Assembly (NCBI GenBank): GCA_039803205.1
Contig: JBDRYB010000001.1
Coordinates: 139,413 to 203,412 of the forward strand
Origin: a candidate division WOR-3 bacterium
GTDB taxonomy: Bacteria > Hydrothermota > Hydrothermia > JBDRYB01
Direction: 5' to 3'
Length of the DNA stretch: 64,000 nt
Within the stretch, counting starts at the first letter, position 1, and each line of letters starts with the position of its first letter. The position numbers were made by a program, and so were the translations under genes. Below, in pieces: positions 9,017-18,561 of the stretch. Below the pieces are notes generated by a model. The model was not told where the DNA came from, did no database searches, and saw only the letters and a list, made by a program, of their open reading frames with translations.

Positions 9017-10456
9017 CTACCTCGTTATAACCAACTTCTTAACCCGCCAGATGTTCCCAGCGCTCAATCTGAGGAAATAGACCCCTGGATTGGATTTTGG
9101 AGAAAGATGTAGCTCGTGTGAACCCGGGCCAAGTTGCCCTGAGAACAACCCTTCGGCGAGCCTTCCATCGGACGAATAGAGGCTTATCTCAACCCGTGAT
9201 TCCTCATGGAGAGTGAGGGAGACCAGGGTGCTACCTCGGCAAGGGTTGGGCTCCGGGCCAAAAAGAACAGGCTCTTGGCGGGCAATCTCCTCGACGCCAG
9301 AGCTCTTTGATTGCATTAGCCTCATCATCCAATCCCCATATGTGTAGTTTGTCCAGCCGAGGTTGCTGAGGAAATACCAGCTCCTGCCATCCGTTGGCGG
9401 ATCGAAATCACACCCCACGCCAGGAGCCTCCGGGGTATCCGGTTGCCAGTGAGCGACGAGCCATATGTCCTGGGTTGATGGGAGATATATGGGCGGGTTT
9501 ATGGAGAACTCAGCCCAATCGCCTATGAAATTGTTTCCGTGCAGGTTGTATGTGATAAAGAGGGGATTGACTGTGTCGGGGAGGCCGCCCAGGTTCCGAC
9601 AAACCATCACATAGTCAAAGGATGTGCATGTGCTCACGAATATCCTGCCTTTTGTTATGTAAAGGGGAGGGCTTATTGTTGGGGTGAAACGGACTGCCAT
9701 CTTGTTGTTGTAGTAGTCAGCAGAGGGGATCATGAACTGATCCACTATGCCCTGGTCGTATATGATCTCGTATGTGACCCTGAAATCCTCCCTCAGTGTG
9801 TCGTTAGTTGGATAGAAGTCCTGGCTCAGGGCCGTTATGAGCTCAGCCGTGTATGTGCCCGTGTCCGACGGGGTCCACTGAGTTGCCAACTGCACCGCCT
9901 TCTGGGAGTCAGGCATGATGGGGGATGTGGTTGTATTGCCCGAATAGACCAAGCTTCCCCCGGGGGCGTAGATGTTGAGCCTCAAGGGTATCCCTTCGGT
10001 ATATGAGCCCTTGTTTCTAACTACAACGATAGGTTGAATGGGTATGTTGACGGAGTTCTCATAGTATGGCCAGAAGACATCCTCAGCCTGGGCATCGTGA
10101 TAACACCTCACATATATGAGAGCGGTGTCATCTCCGCCATAGCTGTCTCCGGATAGCTCGGTCCAGGCGTATGCCTTGTATGTGCCGAAAGCAGGGGGCG
10201 TCCAATTCGGTGAGAATGTTATGTCTATGTAGCCTCCTGGCTGAAGGTTGCTCACGCTTGAGGAGGATTGATATATGTTCTGGCCTCCGGAGCTATCAAT
10301 CTTGAAATACACGGGGAAAGATGCTGGCACATCCCCATAGTTCCTGAACCTTGCCTGGACCGGATACGGATTCCCCAGCTGGGCATACTGGCCCGGGGAA
10401 AGTATCCTCTCACAGCCCACATCGGGCGCTGAAAAAAGAACTATCCAAATCATCAT
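9017..10456 (-). CDS. Secreted protein with two CARDB-like Ig domains and T9SS-like CTD
   Basis: Repeated V-N-G..WTP..G.Y....D....ND units; PNP..YSSDGRL..GVYFLRL..KKL; SD GGAGGT before ATG 10456. Confidence 0.75.
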   Translation of the reverse strand: MMIWIVLFSAPDVGCERILSPGQYAQLGNPYPVQARFRNYGDVPASFPVYFKIDSSGGQNIYQSSSSVSNLQPGGYIDITFSPNWTPPAFGTYKAYAWTELSGDSYGGDDTALIYVRCYHDAQAEDVFWPYYENSVNIPIQPIVVVRNKGSYTEGIPLRLNIYAPGGSLVYSGNTTTSPIMPDSQKAVQLATQWTPSDTGTYTAELITALSQDFYPTNDTLREDFRVTYEIIYDQGIVDQFMIPSADYYNNKMAVRFTPTISPPLYITKGRIFVSTCTSFDYVMVCRNLGGLPDTVNPLFITYNLHGNNFIGDWAEFSINPPIYLPSTQDIWLVAHWQPDTPEAPGVGCDFDPPTDGRSWYFLSNLGWTNYTYGDWMMRLMQSKSSGVEEIARQEPVLFGPEPNPCRGSTLVSLTLHEESRVEISLYSSDGRLAEGLFSGQLGPGSHELHLSPKSNPGVYFLRLSAGNIWRVKKLVITR

Positions 10457-10476
10457 TACCTCCCAAAACTCGCCCA

Positions 10477-10510
10477 TTTTATAAACCGGAATCTGACACG
10501 AAGCTGACAC
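10477..10510 (-). promoter_or_regulatory. Direct-repeat (GTGTCAG-N4-GTGTCAG) promoter of the 9017 gene
   Basis: CTGACAC at 10493 and 10504 (11-bp period), followed on the minus strand by TATAAAAT. Confidence 0.45.
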
Positions 10511-10526
10511 AGCTTGTCCTGTGCCC

Positions 10527-12053
10527 TCAGAATCTCAGTATCTTCACGCTATAGGTTCCTCCCGGATGCCTTAGTAGGGCTATGAAAACCCCTCCGGTCT
10601 CAGCTTTGGGGGAAAAGCTATAGCTTCCCCCTTCCAGAACGCCATTGTAGATGTTTCGAACGAGCCTACCGCCCGTGTCATAAAGCGAAAGGGTTATCTC
10701 AAGGCTGGATGGCAGAAAGAGGTATAGGCCGTTTCCTTGGGGCCTGAATTCCAAGTTGGGGCGCCCTTTTACTTCACCAGTGCTCAAAACCTGGCCGCAC
10801 TCAGTGTTGTCCCCGGGGTCATCAAGCGCAAAGAAGGAATATCCGCTGGCATCCGGATGGGTTCCGACCACGATCTCGGCGCATCCATCATCATCTATAT
10901 CAGCGGGAACCGGCGAGTGAACATCCTCGGAGATGGGTTTTTTCCAGAGCAGAGAGCCGTCCCCCGCTCTCAAGCAATAAAGGGTATCGGGGTTAGCGCC
11001 CACATTCGGGACCAGGACCTCAAGCCCACCAACCCCATCCACATCAACGAGGGAAAGAGGGCAGTGAACGGGCTTTGCGGTCGTGAATTCCCATATTTTG
11101 ACCCCGTTTCTGTCCAGGCAATAGACCCTCTTGTCATAGCTCGCTGTTATGACCTCAGGGTAACCATCCCCATCGCAATCCCCGATAGCAGAGGAGGTTA
11201 TTATTATGTCGCCGGCTGTGAAGCTCCACTTCTGGGCTCCATCCGAACCCGCCAGGCAATAGAGCTTTCGGTCCTGAGAGCCTATTACAACCTCCACTCC
11301 TCCATCCTTATCCAGATCCGCAATCGCTGGAGAGCCATCAATCTGGCCCGTGGTCGCGAACTCCCACCTCCTTGTCCCGTCTGAGCCCGAAAGGCAATAG
11401 ACCTTACCATCGTAGCTCCCAAAAACGACCTCCATCATCCCGTCCCCATCGCAATCAGCAACGGCCGGGGATGAGCGCACTGAGCCGCCTGACCTGAATC
11501 TCCATTTTTTCGTGCCGTCTCCTGCTCTGAGGCAATAGAGAACGCTGTCCATGCTCCCTATGAGCACTTCAATCTCCCCGTCCCCGTCGCAATCGGCAAG
11601 GGCCGGAGAGGAATGGGTCTCGGCCCCTGGCGTGGTCTCGGATGACCACTGGAGAACGCCGGAAGCGCCATCAATGCAGAGTATGTATCCATAACCCCCG
11701 ACAACCACCTCCATCTGAGGGTCACCATCCAGCTGGGCTATGGCGGAGGATGAGCTCAGCTGAGCGCTATAAACATAGTATTTCCATTCCTCCGCACCTG
11801 TTGTCCCATCAAAGCAATGCAGATACCTGTCGTAGCTCAGGGCGAGAACCTCGGATTTTCCGTCATTGTCAACATCCCCCACAGCGGAGAACTGCCACTC
11901 AACCCAAGCGTTCGTGGGAAACCTCCACTTTACCACGGGTTCCGTGCTCATCGCGCCCTTCATGGTTTGAAGGGAATGGTGAGCTGGCTCTCCTCCCCAC
12001 ATGGGCCAGGTGCCGTAAACTGCCCCCAGAAGGGCCATTATTAAGTAAGGCAT
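10527..12053 (-). CDS. Secreted FG-GAP/PQQ-like beta-propeller with CTD (class A)
   Basis: SSPA-x-ADxDGDG..EV..GS.D...YCL..DG..KW.F repeats; start ATG 12053 with GGAGG. Confidence 0.85.
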   Translation of the reverse strand: MPYLIMALLGAVYGTWPMWGGEPAHHSLQTMKGAMSTEPVVKWRFPTNAWVEWQFSAVGDVDNDGKSEVLALSYDRYLHCFDGTTGAEEWKYYVYSAQLSSSSAIAQLDGDPQMEVVVGGYGYILCIDGASGVLQWSSETTPGAETHSSPALADCDGDGEIEVLIGSMDSVLYCLRAGDGTKKWRFRSGGSVRSSPAVADCDGDGMMEVVFGSYDGKVYCLSGSDGTRRWEFATTGQIDGSPAIADLDKDGGVEVVIGSQDRKLYCLAGSDGAQKWSFTAGDIIITSSAIGDCDGDGYPEVITASYDKRVYCLDRNGVKIWEFTTAKPVHCPLSLVDVDGVGGLEVLVPNVGANPDTLYCLRAGDGSLLWKKPISEDVHSPVPADIDDDGCAEIVVGTHPDASGYSFFALDDPGDNTECGQVLSTGEVKGRPNLEFRPQGNGLYLFLPSSLEITLSLYDTGGRLVRNIYNGVLEGGSYSFSPKAETGGVFIALLRHPGGTYSVKILRF

Positions 12054-12066
12054 CTCAAAAACCTCC

Positions 12067-13602
12067 CTATCTGAGAACCACTTTAGCCGTTCGCAAACCC
12101 CAAGGGCCTCTGAGAACACCAAGGTAGACCCCTTCTGCCTCAGGCCTTGGGATGAAGGTGTGTCCTCCGGGGCCCAAAGAGCCATTGTAGAGGTTCTGAC
12201 ACAATCGCCCTCCGGCATCGTAAAGCGCGAGGGAGATCTGGACCTCACTTGGAAGGAAGAGGTAAAGCCCGCGGCCTCTGGCTACGAAAAACGGCCCCTT
12301 CGCTTGGGTTTCTTCTTCCAGCTTAAGGGGCCCGCAACCTTGGGTGTTCGCGGGGTCATCAAGAGCGAAAAGGGAGTATCCGCCAGCGTCAGGATGGGTT
12401 CCCACAACTATCTCAATGCATTCATCCCCGTCTATGTCAGCCGGAAAAGGCGAGTGAACATCCGAGACAACCGCCTTCTTCCAGAGAACTGACCCGTTCT
12501 CCGCGTTCAGACAGACCAAGGTATCCGAGAGGGCGTTGGGGACGAGAAACTCAAGCTTGTTGTCCATGTCAACATCCGCCAGCGAGCCAGGGGTGTGAAC
12601 GCTTCCCATCTGGGTCTGATAGAACCACTTCATTGCTCCCCCTGAGCTTATGCAATAGACCCTGCCCTCCGGGTCCGTGTTTCCTATGATGACCTCCATC
12701 TGCCCGTCCCCGTCAACATCAGCAATTGCTGGAGATGACCTCAACGCGCTTCCGGTCGTGAACGCCCACTTCTGGGTTCCGTCTGACCCGCGCAGGCAAT
12801 AGACATTGTTGTCGCAACTGGCTATTATCACCTCCGTGAGCCCATCGCCATCAAGGTCCGCTATGGCAGGAGAACCATAAACATAGTGTCCTGTGTGGAA
12901 TTCCCACTTCTTGGTGCCTGATCCGCTGAGACAATAGACGCTGGAGTCAAGGCTCCCAAAAACAACCTCCATCGCGCCATCCCCGTCGCAATCCCCAACG
13001 GCGGGGGAGCTGAAGATGTAGCCACGGGCATTGAAACGCCACTTCTCAGAGCCATCAGAGCCCCTGAGACAGAAGAATATCCGATCAGCTGTGCCGAAGA
13101 GGACCTCCATGAAACCATCGCGGTCGCAATCAGCAACAGCGGGCGAAGAGTGCACCTGGAGGGTAGTTGCGAACCGCCATTCCTCGGCTCCTGTCCTTGC
13201 ATTTATACAATAAAGCTTGGGATACTCATCCGTGCCTATGAGGACCTCCAGCTCCCCGTCCCCATCGCAATCCGCGACAGTGGCTGAGGCACCTATGGTG
13301 CTGTATGGGTCGCCATCCATGGGAAATATCCAGCGAGGGGTTCCGGTGCTCCCATCCAGGCAATAAAGGTTCCTGTCAAGGCTCGCGGCTATCACCTCTG
13401 GCATCCCATCCCCGTCGCAATCAGCAACAGCCGAAAACTGCCACTCAACCCAGGCGTTCGTTGCGAGCATCCACTTGACAACGGGCTCAGAGCTCATGGC
13501 GCCACGCATGGTTTGGAAACCCGAATTGGAAAGGTCCCCTCCCCACATGGGCCAAAAGCCATAAACGGCACCTAAACAAACGGTTATGGTAAAGCAAAGC
13601 AT
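12067..13602 (-). CDS. Secreted FG-GAP/PQQ-like beta-propeller with CTD (class A)
   Basis: Same repeats and WPMWGG N-terminal motif; start ATG 13602 with GAGGAGG. Confidence 0.85.
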   Translation of the reverse strand: MLCFTITVCLGAVYGFWPMWGGDLSNSGFQTMRGAMSSEPVVKWMLATNAWVEWQFSAVADCDGDGMPEVIAASLDRNLYCLDGSTGTPRWIFPMDGDPYSTIGASATVADCDGDGELEVLIGTDEYPKLYCINARTGAEEWRFATTLQVHSSPAVADCDRDGFMEVLFGTADRIFFCLRGSDGSEKWRFNARGYIFSSPAVGDCDGDGAMEVVFGSLDSSVYCLSGSGTKKWEFHTGHYVYGSPAIADLDGDGLTEVIIASCDNNVYCLRGSDGTQKWAFTTGSALRSSPAIADVDGDGQMEVIIGNTDPEGRVYCISSGGAMKWFYQTQMGSVHTPGSLADVDMDNKLEFLVPNALSDTLVCLNAENGSVLWKKAVVSDVHSPFPADIDGDECIEIVVGTHPDAGGYSLFALDDPANTQGCGPLKLEEETQAKGPFFVARGRGLYLFLPSEVQISLALYDAGGRLCQNLYNGSLGPGGHTFIPRPEAEGVYLGVLRGPWGLRTAKVVLR

Positions 13603-13632
13603 GGCAAAAGCCTCCTCTTTTTCAATGCATGT

Positions 13633-13667
13633 ATTATTATGAAAAAATCTCCAAAAAATCTCCAAAT
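13633..13667 (-). promoter_or_regulatory. SARP-type direct-repeat promoter (copy 3)
   Basis: ATCTCCAAA at 13647 and 13658; minus strand TTTGGAGA-TTT-TTTGGAGA then TAATAAT. Confidence 0.7.
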
Positions 13668-13695
13668 ATCGCGCCCAAAGCCTCATGAAACAAGG

Positions 13696-13738
13696 GATCC
13701 CGGCCGCGCCAAGAGGTGCGTTTCACGCGACCGGGTCT
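13696..13738 (-). terminator. Intergenic hairpin with GCACCUC loop (hp1)
   Basis: CCCGGUCGCG/CGCGGCCGGG stem with a G-U pair on the minus strand, followed by CUUGUUUC. Confidence 0.6.
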
Positions 13739-13793
13739 GAGAGCTATCTCAGCGGATCAGCGGCATTTTCAGCAGTAAGGCTCCTTGGCATTT

Positions 13794-15362
13794 TCATCTT
13801 ACAACAGCCTTACCCTTAAACCCCTGCCCTCCTGCTATCCAGAAATAGACCCCTTGGCCAAGCGGGAACCAGCTTTTTCCTCGGATCAGTCGCTCAGAAC
13901 ACACGAGCCTGCCATCGCCGGAATAGACCCTGATGTCCGCGTCCTCATGGGATACAAAGAGAAGGCCGCCTGGGAGGGCAGTTGCGGTTATCCAATGTTG
14001 GGAAGGATTGTAGCCTTCCTCAACGCCCTCATAGAGGGCCTCGCAAAAGTTGGCCCTGTGGAGAGGGAGGTCAGAGACCGTCATAGATGCTGTTCTGTCT
14101 GTAACCGTGGGGGTCCAAGGGTTCGTGTTGTCGGTTACGGGAGTTGTGTTGACTGTCGGCACAGCTAAGTCAGGATAGCACGCCGGAACGCAGGCCCCAT
14201 AGCTATGGTTGCCGCTCGGGTCCAGCTTGAGAAGGAGGAGATCCCCTTTGGCCGCTCCCGCGCTCTGGGTCTGGCCAAAGATCGCGTAGCCGCCGTCCGA
14301 GGTTTGGACCACGGAATAGGCTATATCAGAACCAAGGCCTCCGCATGTCCTTGCCCAAACCATGTTCCCTTCAGGGCTGAGCCTAACAACAAAGAAATCG
14401 TCCGAGCCTGTCCCATAACTCGTTGTCTGACCAACGCAAACGAGCCCTCTGTCGGATGTCGGGGCCATTGACCAGAGGAGGTCCTGCCTCCCCCCTACCG
14501 AGCCACCCGCTAGCTTTGCCCAATTTCTCGTCCCATCAGGATTGAGCTTCAAGACGAGGAAATCGTTGTTGCCCGCGCTCGCGAGGGTATAAGCCCCGAC
14601 AAAAACCGTATCTCCAACACATCCTACGGAATAAGCGTAATCCGGAAAACTAGCGACCGTTGACCCAAAAGCCTCTGCCCATTCCCTGGAGCCATCGGAT
14701 CTCATCTTCAACACAAGGATCTCATAAGAACTAACTGAGCCGTAGCTCTTGGTCTCTCCAACGAGCACGAACCCTCCATCGCTGGTCTGAGCTATGGCGC
14801 GCCCTTTTTCGGACCCCGTGCCGCCGAAGGTCTTAGCCCAAACCAAAGACCCATCCGCATTCAGCTTGAGGGCGCAGAAATCCTCAGGGGTGCCAGCCGC
14901 GCTGACTATGAACCCACCGAGAGCGAATCCGCCTTCTGCGGTCCGGATCACCGAGTAGGCTTCCTCCGGTTGGGCCCCTCCGTATGTCTTTGCCCACAGG
15001 AGACCTCCGGAGGAGTTAAGCCTGAGAAGCATGATATCATAGCTGTTGAAGCTCAGGGTGAAACCCGCTATGACAAAACCCCCATCTGATGTCTGAGCTA
15101 TTGAATAACCCCTGTCTCCGCGGTCGTTCACGGTGGGAGAAAATCTCTTCGCCCACAGAACATCCCCGGCCGGGCTCAGCCTTACCGCGATGATGTCCTC
15201 GTATCCCGTGGCCTTTGTGTAACCAGTGAAGGCATACCCACCATCGGATGTCCTGATTAGGGAGCTAGGATAGCCCGTATAATCAGCCGAGTCGCTCCCA
15301 TACATCCAAGCGAAGGTGCTCTGTGAGGTCAAAATCCACGCTAACGCAAAAGCGCTCGTCAT
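13794..15362 (-). CDS. Secreted beta-propeller with W-x-K-T-x-GG repeats, Thr/Pro stalk and short CTD (class B)
   Basis: S-x2-QT-x-DGG(F/Y)..G.T.S.G....D....KL...G...WAKT.GG repeats; ends KGKAVVR. Confidence 0.8.
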   Translation of the reverse strand: MTSAFALAWILTSQSTFAWMYGSDSADYTGYPSSLIRTSDGGYAFTGYTKATGYEDIIAVRLSPAGDVLWAKRFSPTVNDRGDRGYSIAQTSDGGFVIAGFTLSFNSYDIMLLRLNSSGGLLWAKTYGGAQPEEAYSVIRTAEGGFALGGFIVSAAGTPEDFCALKLNADGSLVWAKTFGGTGSEKGRAIAQTSDGGFVLVGETKSYGSVSSYEILVLKMRSDGSREWAEAFGSTVASFPDYAYSVGCVGDTVFVGAYTLASAGNNDFLVLKLNPDGTRNWAKLAGGSVGGRQDLLWSMAPTSDRGLVCVGQTTSYGTGSDDFFVVRLSPEGNMVWARTCGGLGSDIAYSVVQTSDGGYAIFGQTQSAGAAKGDLLLLKLDPSGNHSYGACVPACYPDLAVPTVNTTPVTDNTNPWTPTVTDRTASMTVSDLPLHRANFCEALYEGVEEGYNPSQHWITATALPGGLLFVSHEDADIRVYSGDGRLVCSERLIRGKSWFPLGQGVYFWIAGGQGFKGKAVVR

Positions 15363-15372
15363 GATGACCCCC

Positions 15373-16881
15373 CTATTTTACGATAAACTTGATGGTTTTT
15401 GTCCCTCCGTTGCACCTGAGAACAGCAAGGTATATCCCTATGGATCGCAATCTTAGAATAAAGGTATGGTCCCCTGCCGAGAGGACCCCCTCATAGAGCC
15501 TCTGGACAGGCCTTCCTTCGGCATCATATAGGACGAGCGAAACCCAAGCGCTTTTCGGGAGGAAGAGTTGTATTCCATTTGGTATTGGTTTCATCTCAAA
15601 TCCACCAGACTCCTCCTGAAACCCTATTGGACTGCATCCCTGGGTGTTGCTGGGGTCATCAAGGGCGTATATCATGCCGAGGTTGTATGTTCCAACCAGG
15701 ACCTCAACGCAGTTATCCCCATCTATGTCAGCTGGAACGGGAGAGTGGACATCCCCGTCCGGGTTGGTAACAAAGAGGCGTCTCCTCCAAAGCGTGGTCC
15801 CGTTTTCAGCGTTCAAGCAAACGAGGGTATCCTTCGTATAGTTGGGCACGAGGAACTCAAGCTTCCCATCGTTATCAATGTCAACGAGCGCTCCTGGGGT
15901 GTGAACCTGGCCAGAACAATAACGGTTCCACCTCTCGGTTCCCGTATGATCAATGCAGTAAACATAGAGATCTTGAGAGCCTATGACGATATCAAGCTTG
16001 CCGTTACCATCAACATCCGCAATAGCAGGGGATCCGCTCACGGCGTTCGCTGTCCAGAATGTCCACTTCTGGGTTCCGTTTGAGCCCCTTATGCAGTGGA
16101 GATAACCATCATGGCTCCCTATTATCACCTCCATCTGGCCATCAGCATCAAGGTCAGCAACCGCCGGGGAGGAACGGACCTCTCCGCTCGTGGAATACAC
16201 CCATTTCTGTGCTCCGGTTTGACCCGAAAGGCAATAGACTTTCCCGTCAAAGCTTCCGAAGATAATCTCATGTTTCCCGTCCCCATCGCAGTCAGCAACA
16301 GCTGGCGATGAGGATACATTCGCGCCCGTGAGGAACTCCCACTTTTTCCCTCCATCTGTGCCCCTTAGGCAGTAGAGCCTATCGTCAAGGCTTCCTATTA
16401 CTACCTCAGTCTTGCCATCGCCATCCACATCCGCCAGAGCAGGAGAGGACATCACGGCGTCGCCTGTGGTATATGCCCACTTTTGGCTCCCGTCCGTGCC
16501 GCGGAGACAATAAACATTGTGGTCATAGCTCCCGAAGACGATCTCTATCTTCCCGTCTCCATCAACATCCCCTGCGGCCGGAGAGGATTGGATGAGGTTC
16601 CCGGTCCCAAACTTCCATTCTAAAGCCCCTGTTATCCCATTAAGGCAATAGAGGGTGTCGTTCCAACTGCCCATTACCACCTCGGCAATACCATCGCCAT
16701 CAACATCCCTCACTGAGGCGAACTGCCATTCAAATGGCCCTGATGTCCCGACGAAGAAATACCACTTTATGACAGGCGTTGTTGTCATGGCGCCGCGCAT
16801 GGTCTGGAAGCTCCTATGGCTAGGTTCACCTCCCCACATGGGCCAGATCCCGTGCACCTGGGCTAAGAGCAAAATCATCAT
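15373..16881 (-). CDS. Secreted FG-GAP/PQQ-like beta-propeller with CTD (class A)
   Basis: Same repeats; SD AGGAGG. Confidence 0.85.
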   Translation of the reverse strand: MMILLLAQVHGIWPMWGGEPSHRSFQTMRGAMTTTPVIKWYFFVGTSGPFEWQFASVRDVDGDGIAEVVMGSWNDTLYCLNGITGALEWKFGTGNLIQSSPAAGDVDGDGKIEIVFGSYDHNVYCLRGTDGSQKWAYTTGDAVMSSPALADVDGDGKTEVVIGSLDDRLYCLRGTDGGKKWEFLTGANVSSSPAVADCDGDGKHEIIFGSFDGKVYCLSGQTGAQKWVYSTSGEVRSSPAVADLDADGQMEVIIGSHDGYLHCIRGSNGTQKWTFWTANAVSGSPAIADVDGNGKLDIVIGSQDLYVYCIDHTGTERWNRYCSGQVHTPGALVDIDNDGKLEFLVPNYTKDTLVCLNAENGTTLWRRRLFVTNPDGDVHSPVPADIDGDNCVEVLVGTYNLGMIYALDDPSNTQGCSPIGFQEESGGFEMKPIPNGIQLFLPKSAWVSLVLYDAEGRPVQRLYEGVLSAGDHTFILRLRSIGIYLAVLRCNGGTKTIKFIVK

Positions 16882-16908
16882 AATTAAAGCCTCCTTTTGG
16901 AGATGGAT

Positions 16909-16943
16909 ATTTTAAGAGAAAATCTCCAAAAGATCTCCAAAAA
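16909..16943 (-). promoter_or_regulatory. SARP-type direct-repeat promoter (copy 2)
   Basis: ATCTCCAAAA at 16923 and 16934; -10 TAAAAT on the minus strand. Confidence 0.75.
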
Positions 16944-16960
16944 GACACCTTAAATTATTG

Positions 16961-17012
16961 AAAAAAACAAAGCCCCGGCCGTGTGGGAGGTGCGTTTCAC
17001 GCGACCGGGGCT
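16961..17012 (-). terminator. Intrinsic terminator with GCACCUCC loop (hp2)
   Basis: AGCCCCGG/CCGGGGCU stem followed by UUGUUUUUUU. Confidence 0.8.
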
Positions 17013-17019
17013 ATAAGGG

Positions 17020-18546
17020 TTATCTTATGAGCTTTGCTGTTTTTATTCCTCCTTGATATCTTAGAACACCAAGATAGATGCCGCCAGGCTTTACACCTGG
17101 GATAAATGTGTGCCCCCCTTTGCTCAGAAGCCCATCGTAAAGATCCAAGATCATCTTTCCGCCAACATCGTATAATCTCAAGGATACAATAGCATCGTTG
17201 GAAAGGAAGAGATAAAGCCCATTACCCAAAGCTCGGAACTCAAGCCCTCTCTCAGGCGCACCCTCCATCATATCAACCGGCCCACATCCCTGTGCGTTTC
17301 CGGGATCATCAAGAGCAAATATCCGGTATCCCTGAGCATCGGGATCAAGGGTTCCTACCATAATCTCTATACACCCATCACCGTCTATGTCTCCCGCGAA
17401 TGGGGAATGAACATCATAGGGTAGCGGCTTTTTCCAGAGAAGGGAACCATTCTCTCCGTTCAAACAATAGAGGGTATCCACAGCATTCTTAACATTTGGA
17501 ACCAGAACCTCAAACCGACCGTCACCCTCCACATCCGCGATACACAAGGGCGTATGGATATAGCCTCCCGTGGAATACGACCATTTCTGGGTTCCGTTTG
17601 AGCCTCTTAGACAATAGACCTTCTGATCCCAGCTCCCAACAACAACCTCAATAGCGCCATCGCGGTCCACATCCCCTATAGCGGGCGATGAACGCACGAG
17701 ATAACCGGTTGGGAACAACCATTTCAGTGCTCCGTTTGAACCTGAAAGGCAATAGACCTTATAATCCTCAGAACCAACAATCACCTCCAGGGCTCCGTCA
17801 GCATCAACATCCGCTATTGCTGGAGATGACCATACATAATCCCCTGGCGTAAAAGACCACTTCTCGCTACCATCAGAGCCCCTGAGGCAGTAGATCTTGT
17901 CGCTCCCAACTATGACCTCTTTTGCGCCGTCTCCATCCACATCTGCTGTGGCGGGTGAGGAACGAACATAACTGCTAGTTGCAAAAACCCATTTCTGGGT
18001 TCCATCGGATCCGCGCAGGCAATAGACTTTGCGATCGTCGGAACCAAAAACGACCTCCTTGGCCCCGTCGTTGTCTATGTCTTCCACAACAGGGGAGGAT
18101 TCAACCCAGTTGCCGGTTGGGAAGGCCCACTTCTGCGTCCCGTTTGATCCACGGATGCAATAGAGTTTATTGTCGTTTGAGCCAACTATAACCTCAAGAG
18201 CGCCGTCTCCATCCACATCTTCCACGCAGGGGGATGACTGCACATCGTTTCCTGTGGAAAAAACCCATTTCCCTGTTCCATCGAAGCCCCTGATACAATA
18301 AACCTTGTTGTCCCAGCTCCCCATTATAACCTCTGGTGCTCCGTCGCCATCGCAATCCGCTATGGCCGAACCCTGCCACTCAACCATTCCCTCGCTCGGG
18401 CCGGTCAGGAATCTCCATTTTACGACGGGTTCGGTGCCCATGGCACCGGACATAGATTGAAGGCCCTGATGGCACGGATCGCTCCCCCACATGGGCCATG
18501 AACCATAGTCTGCCCCCATACATACGGCTATGCTAAAATAAAACAT
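17020..18546 (-). CDS. Secreted FG-GAP/PQQ-like beta-propeller with CTD (class A)
   Basis: Same repeats and CTD. Confidence 0.85.
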   Translation of the reverse strand: MFYFSIAVCMGADYGSWPMWGSDPCHQGLQSMSGAMGTEPVVKWRFLTGPSEGMVEWQGSAIADCDGDGAPEVIMGSWDNKVYCIRGFDGTGKWVFSTGNDVQSSPCVEDVDGDGALEVIVGSNDNKLYCIRGSNGTQKWAFPTGNWVESSPVVEDIDNDGAKEVVFGSDDRKVYCLRGSDGTQKWVFATSSYVRSSPATADVDGDGAKEVIVGSDKIYCLRGSDGSEKWSFTPGDYVWSSPAIADVDADGALEVIVGSEDYKVYCLSGSNGALKWLFPTGYLVRSSPAIGDVDRDGAIEVVVGSWDQKVYCLRGSNGTQKWSYSTGGYIHTPLCIADVEGDGRFEVLVPNVKNAVDTLYCLNGENGSLLWKKPLPYDVHSPFAGDIDGDGCIEIMVGTLDPDAQGYRIFALDDPGNAQGCGPVDMMEGAPERGLEFRALGNGLYLFLSNDAIVSLRLYDVGGKMILDLYDGLLSKGGHTFIPGVKPGGIYLGVLRYQGGIKTAKLIR

Positions 18547-18561
18547 AACAGAAGCTTCGTT

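Noticed and set aside
13720..17005. parS-like GTTTCACGCGA in hp1 and hp2
   Set aside because: Only half of the parS palindrome matches, and it is explained as part of the hairpin
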